64,000 nt of DNA, taken from sequence record PV245934.1; one strand, given 5' to 3'. This document shows positions 63,828 through 64,000 of the stretch, piece by piece. The first letter of the stretch is position 1. Each line of letters opens with the position of its first letter. Source of the DNA: Escherichia phage sutha. The translations under genes and the position numbers were made by a program. The notes under the pieces were generated by a model. The model ran no database searches and was not told the DNA's origin. It saw only the letters and a program-made list of their open reading frames with translations.

Positions 63828-64000
63828 TTACCATTTCAATGCTAGTTTTTTGAGTTGTTTCTGTTCTTTTACGTTCTTAGTCACTTCTTTCAAAAAATCA
63901 TCCGTGACTAAACCTTTTAGTTCTTTTAATACTAAAGGAAGTTTTCCATTTTTAGTAAGAATTGATTTATAGTTAATTGCATCATTTGTATTAACTTGAT
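63828..64000 (-). CDS. 62: clamp-loader subunit gp62, C-terminal fragment (partial; start beyond window end)
   Basis: Open minus-strand frame entering window and stopping at 63828 with stop overlapping regA ATG; assignment by T4 synteny only. Confidence 0.45.
   Translation of the reverse strand, partial: QVNTNDAINYKSILTKNGKLPLVLKELKGLVTDDFLKEVTKNVKEQKQLKKLALKW

Overview
This window is a contiguous segment of a T4-like (T-even, Tequatrovirus-type) myovirus genome, collinear with the phage T4 map across the rIIB/rIIA junction. Gene calls rest on my recollection of T4 protein sequences, lengths and gene order applied to the supplied ORF track; nothing was database-checked. Layout: (1) minus-strand early block 1-17215: pseT, spanin pair, alc, rnlA, denA, nrdB, nrdA, td (group I intron carrying I-TevI), frd, 32, 59, 33, dsbA, rnh. 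(2) plus-strand late block 17305-27489: long tail fibre genes 34-35-36-37-38 and holin t. (3) minus-strand early/middle block 27490-64000: asiA, arn, motA, 52, ac, stp, ndd, denB, rIIB, rIIA, 39, dexA, dda, srd, modA, modB, soc, 56, 61, sp, dmd, 41, 40, uvsX, a glycosyltransferase, 42, imm, 43, regA and the 3' end of 62. The phage is not T4 itself: gene 39 is unsplit, nrdB has no intron, segG/segF/mobE/dam-sized genes are missing at their T4 positions, the T4 beta-gt slot holds a different glycosyltransferase, gp37 has a divergent central region, and an extra GIY-YIG endonuclease sits antisense between nrdA and td. I did not find a clear novel multi-gene system. The most notable observations are two apparent single-base frameshifts in 4-nt homopolymer runs (the uvsX C-terminus and an ORF between arn and motA), the extra homing endonuclease, the glycosyltransferase swap, a small plus-strand membrane ORF at the T4 dam position, and a family of near-identical early-promoter cassettes. 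No tRNA, rRNA or CRISPR array was seen.
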